Below are positions 25,460 to 34,786 of a stretch of DNA of 64,000 bases, piece after piece. The notes beneath the pieces were generated by a model. That model was not told where the DNA came from and made no database searches. It saw nothing but the letters and a program-made list of their open reading frames with translations. Where the stretch lies: positions 372-64,371 of the forward strand of contig CAMDJZ010000004.1 in the NCBI GenBank assembly GCA_945901265.1, in the 5' to 3' direction. The stretch is from Rickettsia typhi (GTDB lineage Bacteria > Pseudomonadota > Alphaproteobacteria > Rickettsiales > UBA1997). How positions within the stretch are numbered: the stretch's first letter is position 1; every line of letters starts with the position of its first letter. The position numbers and the translations under genes are program-made.

Positions 25460-26877
25460 TAAAATTGAAAATAAATAAAAGGATTATGGGTTTGCGCGGA
25501 TAAACGAATAATTACCAAAACAAAGCTTGCGAGCAAGAATAAATCAACAATGAAAATACTAAATTTATATTTTTTAATTATTTTATCAGCCATTTTCTTA
25601 ATCAATCCACTATATCCTAGAATTGCTAAGGCTATTGACATAAGAAAGTAATGTGAATTAAGCAATCTAACAATGTTACCTGGCAAATTAACGACGTGAC
25701 CATCAAAAATCAAAATTCTTATTAACTCTAAACTATGCTCAAGACTATATCCTCTGAAGAAAATCCATCCAATCATAATGATCATTAACATATAAAAATT
25801 TTGTATAATTTTAGGTAGTGATTTATGAAATTTGTGAAAAAAACTCAATCTTTCTAATACTAAAAATACACCATGAAATAATCCCCAAATTACAAAATTC
25901 CAACTTGCTCCATGCCATAATCCGCAAAGGAAGAAAACCAAAATTAAATTAAAATATTGACGATATATTGAAACGCGATTACCACCTAATGGAATATAAA
26001 CATAATCTCGAAACCAGGTAGAAAGCGATATATGCCAACGTCTCCAAAAATCCTTAATCGATAATGCTATGTAAGGATAATTAAAATTAGGCGGAAATTT
26101 AAAACCAAAAATCCTTGCTAGTCCAAGAGCCATATCAGAATATCCAGAAAAATCAAAATAGATCTGAAAGCTATAACAAACAATTCCACAAATTGTTAAA
26201 AACCGATTTAAATCTTCAGTTTCGGCGCCAAAAACTGCATCGGCAACCTCACCTATTGGATTAGCAATTATAACTTTTTTGGTAAGTCCAATTAAAAATA
26301 ATCTAATCCCAAAGGCAATTGCCTTTTGGTGAATATTGCGCTTGGTAAGATATTTGGCTATAAAATTATAACGAACAATTGGACCCGCAATCAACTGTGG
26401 AAAGAAGCAGATATATAGCATTAAGCTATAGAAATTTTTTTGAACTTTGGTTTTTTTTCGATAGATATCTATCAAATATGAAATTGCATGAAATGTAAAA
26501 AATGAGATACCGAGTGGAAGAGCAATTGATTTTGGATGATATTCCAAATGAAAAATTTTATAAAAATTTTCTAAAATAAAATTAAAATATTTGAAATAGG
26601 TAAGAAGTAATAAATTAAATGAAATTGCTAGAAAAATTATAATTTTATTTGAGTTATTGCGTAATAAATTTTTATCAATCAATATTCCAAAAAAATAATT
26701 ACAAGTAAGCGATAGAAGCAAGAGCCATAAATAATCAATCTCACCAAAGCTATAGAAAATTAAACTAAAAATTAATAAAATAAAATTTCTTTGCGCAATT
26801 GATTTAGTGAATAAGAAATTACTCACCAAGGCTAGCGGTAAAAAAAGAAATAGAAAAATGTTTGAGCTAAATAGCAT
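25459..26877 (-). CDS. MBOAT family membrane-bound O-acyltransferase (AlgI/PatA/DltB-like)
   Basis: 472 aa, polytopic. FWRRWHISLSTWFRDYVYIPLGGNR with the conserved His. TAATG stop/start overlap with the downstream AlgX-like gene at 25459. Confidence 0.88.
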   Translation of the reverse strand: MLFSSNIFLFLFLPLALVSNFLFTKSIAQRNFILLIFSLIFYSFGEIDYLWLLLLSLTCNYFFGILIDKNLLRNNSNKIIIFLAISFNLLLLTYFKYFNFILENFYKIFHLEYHPKSIALPLGISFFTFHAISYLIDIYRKKTKVQKNFYSLMLYICFFPQLIAGPIVRYNFIAKYLTKRNIHQKAIAFGIRLFLIGLTKKVIIANPIGEVADAVFGAETEDLNRFLTICGIVCYSFQIYFDFSGYSDMALGLARIFGFKFPPNFNYPYIALSIKDFWRRWHISLSTWFRDYVYIPLGGNRVSIYRQYFNLILVFFLCGLWHGASWNFVIWGLFHGVFLVLERLSFFHKFHKSLPKIIQNFYMLMIIMIGWIFFRGYSLEHSLELIRILIFDGHVVNLPGNIVRLLNSHYFLMSIALAILGYSGLIKKMADKIIKKYKFSIFIVDLFLLASFVLVIIRLSAQTHNPFIYFQF

Positions 26878-26885
26878 ATTTTATA

Positions 26886-27539
26886 TCAAATATTATTGGT
26901 TAAAATAAAATAAAAACTTGTATTACCATATGATCTAAAGTCCAATATACTAGAATTTAAATGCGCTATATTTTCTGAATTAAATTCATTTAATATATCA
27001 TTTTTTTCAAAATTATCAATTAAGATTTTATTATTTTTTATGTTATGACTTTCAATCTTATGGGTCTTGGAGCATTCAATAACAAGCAATGTAGTTGGTA
27101 ATAAATATTTTTTTTCAATCAATTCTTTTATTATCAAATTATAATTTTCTTGATATGGTGGATCAACAAAAATCAACTCAAATTTTGCACTCGCAATAGG
27201 AAGTTTTTGAGCGCTAGATTTAATAAATTGACAATCATTAGCAACTCCTAATATTTCAGCATTTTTTTTAGCTATCATTAAATGTTGGGCATTATTATCA
27301 ATTAATGTTAAGGATTTTGCACCACGTGATAAACTCTCAAAACCAACTGCTCCAGTTCCACAACACAGATCTAAAACATTACTATCGATTAAATTAAAAT
27401 TAATTTTATTAAGAAAATTCCCTGAAGTGAGTAGATTAAACAATGCTTCACGATTTCTATCGGTGGTTGGACGAAGATCTTTTAAAAATGATGAATCTAT
27501 TAATTTTCTTCCCCGCAATTTTCCAGAAATTATTCTCAT
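26886..27539 (-). CDS. rsmD: 16S rRNA (guanine966-N2)-methyltransferase RsmD-like
   Basis: 217 aa. MRIISGKLRGRKL, LDLCCGTGAVGFE and VDPPY. C-terminal extension of about 40 aa. Confidence 0.85.
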   Translation of the reverse strand: MRIISGKLRGRKLIDSSFLKDLRPTTDRNREALFNLLTSGNFLNKINFNLIDSNVLDLCCGTGAVGFESLSRGAKSLTLIDNNAQHLMIAKKNAEILGVANDCQFIKSSAQKLPIASAKFELIFVDPPYQENYNLIIKELIEKKYLLPTTLLVIECSKTHKIESHNIKNNKILIDNFEKNDILNEFNSENIAHLNSSILDFRSYGNTSFYFILTNNI

Positions 27540-27565
27540 TTATTTGATAATTTTATTGTTATATT

Positions 27566-28420
27566 TTATAGATCTTGTCCAAAAAATCGTGATTTATCAG
27601 CATAATAAACGCCGAGCAATTTGACTGATTTAGAAAAAAATCCAAGCTCCTCCAAGGCAAGAGCTACACGCTTTTGCATAGGATGACCCTCGATGGTAAT
27701 TAAAAATTTTGCCTGATTAGAAACTCCTCCAGGGATATAGCTTTCTAATTTCACAATACTGACTGAATTTGTTGCAAATCCTCCAAGCGCTTTATATAAA
27801 GATCCAGGAATATTGCGAATAGTAAATAAAAGTGCAGTAATAATTGGAGCAATTTTAGGATCTGTTTCTTGAGATAATTTGGATATAACAATAAAAATCG
27901 TAATATTATCACTTGAGCTATCTTGCATATTTTCTTTGATAATTTCAAGATTATGAATATCGCTAGCATATCGAGAACATAATGATGCCTTGCTTTTATC
28001 ATTGGTTTTAGCAATGAATTCAGCAGATTTAGCGGTGTTAGAAAATTCATTAACTTTAATTTTTAAATCACGAAGATTATTTTGACATTGCAATAATGCC
28101 TGTGGATGAGAGTAAACTTCTTTAATATCTTCAAGCTTTGCACCCTTAATACCAACTAGATTATGAGTAATTGGAAAAAAATGTTCCGCAACAATTGAAA
28201 CATCATATTTTTGGAGTAAATTGTGAATCTCCGAAACCCTTCCAGCATATGAGTTTTCAAGTGGAATCATTGCATATTCAACTTGGGAATTATTAACCGC
28301 TTCGAATACTTCATAAAAGCTATCAAAGGCTTTAGCTTGATATTTAGGATAAAATTTTATGCATGCTAAATTTGAATTAGCTCCTTCGCAACCTTGATAG
28401 GCAATAATCTGACTCGACAT
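27566..28420 (-). CDS. pheA: Prephenate dehydratase (PDT + ACT domains)
   Basis: IAYQGCEGANS at the N-terminus. ACT region TALLFTIRNIPGSLYKALGGFA. Start placed at ATG 28420 (MSSQIIAYQG); the track ORF extends to 28486 and that start cannot be excluded. Confidence 0.88.
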   Translation of the reverse strand: MSSQIIAYQGCEGANSNLACIKFYPKYQAKAFDSFYEVFEAVNNSQVEYAMIPLENSYAGRVSEIHNLLQKYDVSIVAEHFFPITHNLVGIKGAKLEDIKEVYSHPQALLQCQNNLRDLKIKVNEFSNTAKSAEFIAKTNDKSKASLCSRYASDIHNLEIIKENMQDSSSDNITIFIVISKLSQETDPKIAPIITALLFTIRNIPGSLYKALGGFATNSVSIVKLESYIPGGVSNQAKFLITIEGHPMQKRVALALEELGFFSKSVKLLGVYYADKSRFFGQDL

Positions 28421-28515
28421 AAAGTTTAATAAAAAAATTAAATTACAATTGACAAACTTATAAATTAATTTGATAATATTAGACAATTTATAAAAACAAA
28501 ATCAAATTTTATTTT

Positions 28516-29874
28516 ATGCAAAAAAATTGGCAGATAGATTCTTGGCGCAATTTCCCTATAAAACAACAACCAAACTATCTTCAGCAAAATGAACTAAGGG
28601 AAGTTGAACAACAACTAGCCAAATTCCCTCCCCTAGTTTCATTTGATGAGGTTGATAAGCTAAAAAATGAACTCGCATTAGTTTCCCAAGGTAAAGCTTT
28701 TTTACTGCAAGGTGGTGACTGCGCCGAAAGCTTTCTTGAATTTTCTCATAATAATCTCAAAAGTTATTTTCGTACAATCATGCAAATGACAATTGCGTTA
28801 ATGTATGGCTTAAAAAAACCAATTGTTAAAGTTGGCAGGATAGCTGGTCAATATGCCAAACCAAGATCGCAAAATGATGAAACTATTGAAGGGCTAACTT
28901 TGAATGCTTATCGCGGAGATATTGTAAATGGTATTGAATTTAACTCTCAAATTCGCAATGCCGATCCCAAAAGATTAATCGATGCTTATTTCTATTCATC
29001 AGCATCACTTAATTTTCTAAGATCACTTGCCACAGGTGGATATGGTAATTTAGAAAAAGTTAATAAATGGAATGAAGAATTTGCTGAAATTTTTTCAGGT
29101 AAAAAAAATACTTCAGAATTAAACCAAAAAATTAATGAAATGCTGGAATTCATGAGTGCTTGCGGAATAGATTATAAATCAATTCCTCAATTTACTACTG
29201 CAAATTTCTTTACCTCTCATGAAGCATTATTGCTAAATTATGAACAAGCTTTTATCAAACAAAATTCTGATAATAACAAATTTTATGATCTAAGTGCGCA
29301 CATGTTATGGATTGGCGATCGAACTCGCAATCTAGATGAGGCGCATGTTGAATTTATGCGCGGAATTTCAAATCCAATCGCTTTCAAAGTTGGACCAACT
29401 ATTTCAGAAAATGAATTGTTGAAATTGTTAGATATATTAAATCCCGATAATATTGCAGGACGAATTACTCTAATTTCAAGAATGGGCAAAGATAATATTA
29501 ATAAGCTTTTACCTCCATTAATCAAAGCTGTAAAATCATCAAGTCATCAAGTCATCTGGTCATGCGACCCAATGCATGGCAATACTATAAAAACTTATAA
29601 TAATTTTAAAACTCGTAAATTTAGCGATATTTTAAGTGAAGTAAAAAGTTTTTTTACAATCCATCAAGAACATGATAGTTATGCTGGTGGAGTCCATTTT
29701 GAAATGACAGGACAAGATGTAACCGAATGTTTAGGTGGAAATCAAGAAATATCTGAATTAAATCTTAGCGATCGCTACCATACCCATTGCGATCCAAGAC
29801 TTAATTCGGCGCAAAGTGTTGAAATGGCTTTTAGCATTGCTTATGAATTAAATAATAAAATAAAAACCAGTTAA
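28516..29874 (+). CDS. Class II (plant-like) 3-deoxy-7-phosphoheptulonate (DAHP) synthase
   Basis: 452 aa. WRNFPIKQQPNY, LLQGGDCAESF, GRIAGQYAKPRS, WIGDRTR and CDPMHGNT are typical of class II DAHPS. Confidence 0.9.
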   Translation: MQKNWQIDSWRNFPIKQQPNYLQQNELREVEQQLAKFPPLVSFDEVDKLKNELALVSQGKAFLLQGGDCAESFLEFSHNNLKSYFRTIMQMTIALMYGLKKPIVKVGRIAGQYAKPRSQNDETIEGLTLNAYRGDIVNGIEFNSQIRNADPKRLIDAYFYSSASLNFLRSLATGGYGNLEKVNKWNEEFAEIFSGKKNTSELNQKINEMLEFMSACGIDYKSIPQFTTANFFTSHEALLLNYEQAFIKQNSDNNKFYDLSAHMLWIGDRTRNLDEAHVEFMRGISNPIAFKVGPTISENELLKLLDILNPDNIAGRITLISRMGKDNINKLLPPLIKAVKSSSHQVIWSCDPMHGNTIKTYNNFKTRKFSDILSEVKSFFTIHQEHDSYAGGVHFEMTGQDVTECLGGNQEISELNLSDRYHTHCDPRLNSAQSVEMAFSIAYELNNKIKTS

Positions 29875-29902
29875 AATCAAGAATCTATACTATTAATAAT
29901 TA

Positions 29903-30841
29903 ATGACTAATAATAATCAACAACAATTAATGTTACCAAAAATACATGGTATTTTTGCCATAGTTGGTATGCCAAATGCCGGTAAATCAAGCTTAACCAA
30001 TGCAATGCTTGGACAAAAACTTTCGATTACATCGCCAAAAGTTCAAACAACTCGTAACTCAATTAAAGCAATTATAATCAGTAATCAAGCGCAAATAATT
30101 GCCATTGACACGCCAGGTATTTTTATTCCACGTGACGATAAAATTCTAGAAAGAATTATCGTTAAAAGCGCTTGGCAAGCTCTTCGGGAAGCAGATCATA
30201 TTTGTTTTGTAATTGATGCTGAAATTGGCTTGAATTTAGAAAATCAACGCATTCTAAAAGATTTAAAAAAAGAAAATTTAGATATCACAATCATTATTAA
30301 CAAAATTGATAAAATTAGAAAGTCTAAAATTTTAGACATTATTGCACCTCTTGCCAATCTAGGTTTTGAAGCGATTTTACCAGTAAGCGCAACATCAGGT
30401 GATGGTATTGATGAATTGAAAATATTTTTAGAAAAAAAATGTCTCCATCCCGATTGGCTATATAATGAGGACGAAATTACTGATGCGCCAATGCGTTTTA
30501 TCGCTAGTGAAATAACTCGCGAAAAATTATTTTTGAATCTTAATCAAGAATTACCCTACAGCCTTACCGTAAAAACCGATAGCTATCAAATTCTTGATAA
30601 TCATCAAATCAAAATTAAACAAACTATTTTGGTTCTTAAGGAAAGTCAAAAATCAATTGTACTTGGTAAAAATGGTCAGATGATTAAAAAAATCGGCGAA
30701 GAATCTCGTCATGATTTAGGATTAATTGCCAATACCAAAGTTCATTTATTTTTATTTGTAAAAGTTCAGGATAATTGGATGAATAAGATTGAAAATTTTG
30801 ATCGTATTGATATTGAAAAACTACCTCCATTAAAAAAATAA
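29903..30841 (+). CDS. era: GTPase Era
   Basis: 312 aa. G1 GMPNAGKSSL, DTPG, NKID and a C-terminal KH domain. Confidence 0.93.
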   Translation: MTNNNQQQLMLPKIHGIFAIVGMPNAGKSSLTNAMLGQKLSITSPKVQTTRNSIKAIIISNQAQIIAIDTPGIFIPRDDKILERIIVKSAWQALREADHICFVIDAEIGLNLENQRILKDLKKENLDITIIINKIDKIRKSKILDIIAPLANLGFEAILPVSATSGDGIDELKIFLEKKCLHPDWLYNEDEITDAPMRFIASEITREKLFLNLNQELPYSLTVKTDSYQILDNHQIKIKQTILVLKESQKSIVLGKNGQMIKKIGEESRHDLGLIANTKVHLFLFVKVQDNWMNKIENFDRIDIEKLPPLKK

Positions 30842-30844
30842 TTT

Positions 30845-31573
30845 ATGTCTTCAACCGTTGATAGTCAAGAAATTGAGAAGTTTGAAAAAATGGCGCAAGA
30901 ATGGTGGAATCCAAATGGTAAGTTTAAGCAATTGCACAAATTTAATCCAAATCGTTTGCTATTTATGCGTCGCAAAATTTGTGAATTTTTTAATCTTAAT
31001 GAAAAATCACTAACTCCTTTTACAAGTTTAAAAATTGTTGATATTGGTTGTGGAGGTGGATTAATCGCTGAACCATTTTGCAAAATGGGTGGAAATGTTA
31101 CTGCAATTGATGCATCGCCAATTAATATTGGAATCGCCAAAAGCCATGCTGAAAAATCAGGTTTAGAAATTAATTATTTACATTCCACTGCTGAAGAATT
31201 AGCTAATAAAAATCAACAATTTGATGTTGTTTTAGCTCTAGAAATCATTGAACATGTCAGTGATATTGATTTATTTATAAAATCTTGTTCTAAATTACTT
31301 AAGCCAAATGGTTTACTTTTTATTGCTACCTTAAACCGTACTTTAAAATCTCTTGCCTTGGCAAAAATTGGTGCAGAATATATTTTACGCTGGTTGCCAA
31401 TTGGAACGCATGATTATAAAAAATTTGTTAAACCTTCACAAATTTTTACAATTGCTACTCAATATCAATTGCAATTAATTGAACTTAATGGTTTTAGTTA
31501 TAATTTAATAAAAGATAGTTGGCAGGAAAGTTCTGATATTGATGTTAACTACATTGCAATTTTAAAAAAATAA
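30845..31573 (+). CDS. ubiG: Ubiquinone biosynthesis O-methyltransferase
   Basis: 242 aa. EIEKFEKMAQEWWNPNGKFKQLHKFNPNRL and SAM motif VDIGCGGGL. Confidence 0.9.
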   Translation: MSSTVDSQEIEKFEKMAQEWWNPNGKFKQLHKFNPNRLLFMRRKICEFFNLNEKSLTPFTSLKIVDIGCGGGLIAEPFCKMGGNVTAIDASPINIGIAKSHAEKSGLEINYLHSTAEELANKNQQFDVVLALEIIEHVSDIDLFIKSCSKLLKPNGLLFIATLNRTLKSLALAKIGAEYILRWLPIGTHDYKKFVKPSQIFTIATQYQLQLIELNGFSYNLIKDSWQESSDIDVNYIAILKK

Positions 31574-31626
31574 ACAAGCTTTCGAATTTTTCATTAATTT
31601 TATCCAAAAATTATCTTAGAAAATTC

Positions 31627-32760
31627 CTAGAATTTTTTAACATAACTTAAATTAATTCCAACAAGAGAGCCTTTCTTTGCATCTTCGCGTATTTCAGCGC
31701 GAGCAATGTCTAAAGTAATATTATTGGTAAATCTATACCCAATGGAAAGTTGCGATTGTCGATCAAATGTGTGATAATTATTATGGTAATTTTTTTCAAT
31801 ATTTCGAGTTTGATTAGAAATGCTAGTGGTCCAATTGCGATAATTTCCAATGATTGCCAGAGTTATATATTGCGCATTACGTCCACTAATTCCTGATAAA
31901 TTTTTTATATCAACCAATTCAACAAAAGGAATTATAGAGCTTTCATTACCAAATTTATGAAGATATTCTCCACCTAAAACATAACCTATTTCACGCTTTG
32001 AATTATAGGCTTTTTCAACCCCAAGACTGCGATAACCAAAATTATAAAATAGATTTTTTATATCAAATAAATCTTCACCTTCCATACTTACGCTATAGGA
32101 TGAAATTGTTGAGGTAGCTCCAGATAGGGTATTTTTTTTATTTGCTCTTCCGCGATTATTTATAACACTGCTACTTAAATCGGTAGTATCATTAAAAAAA
32201 GTGTTAAAAGTAATTTGACTACTTTCCAAAAGGGCTACAGCTCCAAGGCCTATTTTCTCACGAAGATTATAATCTTCGGCAAATTGTGCACTGAAAACTC
32301 CAATTCTCTTTGATTTACGATGAGCATTACCAAAGGTTGGATCATATTTACCAGCAAATATTTTAATATCATCATTTTGATATTGTATTTTAATCTCTTC
32401 AACTAAGAAACCCATTTGATCAAAATTCATACCACGATTTGAACTTAAAAAAGTACGATATCTTTCAGGATTAGATTGATCACGCGTTGTCAAAACATCA
32501 TTAGGCTGTAATCTCCACTGAGTTTTTACTACCCAGTTTTGGTTAAAATTTAGATTAAAATTAGGCTCGATATAAATAAAAGCATTATTAGGTGAAACGC
32601 CATTTTTTTCTGACTTAAGAACACGATCGAACTGAGTTTGATATAATACTTTTCCATCAAGGAAGGGATATTTTTCCTTAGCTCTAGCTTGCCAATTTGA
32701 ATTAATATTGGAGATTGTAATTGCTAAAAAAAAAGCTAATAATTTTTTTTTCATATTCAT
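31627..32760 (-). CDS. Predicted outer-membrane beta-barrel protein (porin-like), family unknown
   Basis: 377 aa. Signal peptide MKKKLLAFFLAITISNINS. Alternating beta-strand-like pattern. C-terminal YVKKF with terminal Phe. Confidence 0.5.
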   Translation of the reverse strand: MNMKKKLLAFFLAITISNINSNWQARAKEKYPFLDGKVLYQTQFDRVLKSEKNGVSPNNAFIYIEPNFNLNFNQNWVVKTQWRLQPNDVLTTRDQSNPERYRTFLSSNRGMNFDQMGFLVEEIKIQYQNDDIKIFAGKYDPTFGNAHRKSKRIGVFSAQFAEDYNLREKIGLGAVALLESSQITFNTFFNDTTDLSSSVINNRGRANKKNTLSGATSTISSYSVSMEGEDLFDIKNLFYNFGYRSLGVEKAYNSKREIGYVLGGEYLHKFGNESSIIPFVELVDIKNLSGISGRNAQYITLAIIGNYRNWTTSISNQTRNIEKNYHNNYHTFDRQSQLSIGYRFTNNITLDIARAEIREDAKKGSLVGINLSYVKKF

Positions 32761-32775
32761 TAAAAATGTATTTAT

Positions 32776-34755
32776 CTATGGATTAATTGGCAGAATTACT
32801 TTAACTAATGTTCCGGTATTTTCTTTACTAGTAAGACTAAATTTACCACCTAGTAATTCAATAAAATTTTTTGTTAAATAAATTCCAATGCCAGTTCCGG
32901 CTTGAGCAATAGAATTACTAGCTCGAAAAAATTTTGAACCAATTTTGTCAATTTCATTACTTGGAATTCCAATTCCATAGTCTTGAACCTTGATTTCAAT
33001 ATTATTATTTTCAATAATTTCAGCACTTACTTTGACCTTGGAATTATTAGGTGAATATTTAATCGCATTAGAAATTAAATTAGTAAAAATATGTTCAATT
33101 AACATAGGATCGCTTTTAATTTCAGGAATATTATTGGCGATATTACTAATGATTTCAATATTTCGACCTTGTACTAAATTTTTTGATTTATCAATATTAT
33201 CTTCTAATAATTTACATAGATTAAGTGAAGTTAAATTAACTTTTAATTTTGCTTCACTATTTTCCATTTTTGCTAAATTTAATGTACTATTGATTAAGCC
33301 ATTCATTCGCCCAACTCCTGATTTAATTCGATCTAGACCTTTATTTATCGACTCGTCATTTATATTAAGATTTTTTATTTTTCTAACAACATTTTCACGC
33401 GTACTATCAATAATTTGTAAAGGCGTTTTAAATTCATGGGAGACAAGAGCAATAAATTCATTTTGCATTTTTCTCATCTCAAGTTCATGATTAAGCGCAT
33501 ATTGCAATTGCTGAGATTTTTCTAATAAAGCTTTATTGGTAGCTATTACATTTTGCATTGAAAAAAACCTTGAAATAGCAATAGCAAGTTGATTAGCAAC
33601 AATTTCAAGCATTTCGATTTCATCATCCATCCACGTTCTTTTATCACCTTGATGCAGAAAAATATTTCCAATTATTTTTTCGTTTAAAACCATGGTAATG
33701 GCAATTTGATTAACAATTGAATATTTTGCAAAAAAACTATTTAGATCGGTAAAGTTTTGATCATTTGAAGCATCATCAACTATTGTAATCGTTATCTTCT
33801 TGGACTTATCGCCAAATCGTAAATAAAAATTATTTTGAAAAGCAATATAATTTGTTAGTTCCTGAGAATTATTGTTAGGTAATTTATTATTAATTATTTT
33901 TTGCGCAAAACTATTAACAAATTCTACTGCAAAATTAATTTTTTCATCTTGATAATCATGAATGATACAACGATCTATTTTTAAATTATTGCACAATATT
34001 TTTGACACTTGACTTGCAATTTTATCAATTGGCAAATCGGAGCTTAATAAGCCAGAAATTTCACGAAGCAATCTTTCATTTCTTAAACTTCGCTCTAGGT
34101 TTCTAAGGAGAATTACTGAATTATTTTTAGTAGCTTGTCCATTAGAATGTTGAACTATAAAGTCAATTTTTTCGAATATAAAAATAGCATATCTATCATT
34201 TGTGAGCGAAGCAAATTGGGGGAAAAATGATATTTTAAAACGAATTTTTTGTTGAGGATTTCTAAAATCAAGCAAAGTAATAATTGCGTTACATTCTTTA
34301 AAATCTTTAACTGCGCGAATTAATTGCGTATATTCAACTTGATCAGAAGAAGAATAGCTTAAATCAATATCATCAAATAAGAAATCGTAACTTTTATTAA
34401 TTAAATCAGCTTGTTCAATATGAAGAACTTCTTGAAATAGTTTATTGCTATGAATTATTGATAAAAAATTTGGATTATTATTTTTAGCTCTACAAGCAAT
34501 AGTGGCATAGTTATTTTTATCAGTGATTTTTTTAATTTCTTCATTAAATTCACAATAAATATTATCAATCTTTAATATTTGAGTGGAATTTAATTTATCA
34601 TTTTCATCTAATTTAATTTTAAGGCCTTCTTGATTCGCAAATAAATTATTGTTAGGATTATTTAACAAATTACAGTTTTTATTATGCAAAAATTCATCAG
34701 AGGATATTGGATTTGGATATAATGAATCATTGTTTCGATGAAGATTATTGCTCAT
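32776..34755 (-). CDS. Cytoplasmic sensor histidine kinase (PAS-like + GAF + HisKA + HATPase_c)
   Basis: 659 aa with no obvious TM segment. H-box VSHEFKTPL. N, G1 and G2 boxes (NLISNAIKY, DYGIGI, GTGIGIY). Confidence 0.85.
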   Translation of the reverse strand: MSNNLHRNNDSLYPNPISSDEFLHNKNCNLLNNPNNNLFANQEGLKIKLDENDKLNSTQILKIDNIYCEFNEEIKKITDKNNYATIACRAKNNNPNFLSIIHSNKLFQEVLHIEQADLINKSYDFLFDDIDLSYSSSDQVEYTQLIRAVKDFKECNAIITLLDFRNPQQKIRFKISFFPQFASLTNDRYAIFIFEKIDFIVQHSNGQATKNNSVILLRNLERSLRNERLLREISGLLSSDLPIDKIASQVSKILCNNLKIDRCIIHDYQDEKINFAVEFVNSFAQKIINNKLPNNNSQELTNYIAFQNNFYLRFGDKSKKITITIVDDASNDQNFTDLNSFFAKYSIVNQIAITMVLNEKIIGNIFLHQGDKRTWMDDEIEMLEIVANQLAIAISRFFSMQNVIATNKALLEKSQQLQYALNHELEMRKMQNEFIALVSHEFKTPLQIIDSTRENVVRKIKNLNINDESINKGLDRIKSGVGRMNGLINSTLNLAKMENSEAKLKVNLTSLNLCKLLEDNIDKSKNLVQGRNIEIISNIANNIPEIKSDPMLIEHIFTNLISNAIKYSPNNSKVKVSAEIIENNNIEIKVQDYGIGIPSNEIDKIGSKFFRASNSIAQAGTGIGIYLTKNFIELLGGKFSLTSKENTGTLVKVILPINP

Positions 34756-34786
34756 AAAAAATTATAATTAAATTTACTAACTAAAT

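Noticed and set aside
32990-33490. 166-aa plus-strand ORF inside the histidine kinase gene
   Set aside because: It is antisense to the conserved HisKA/HATPase region and its composition is hydrophobic Leu/Ile/Phe/Ser-rich with no motifs.
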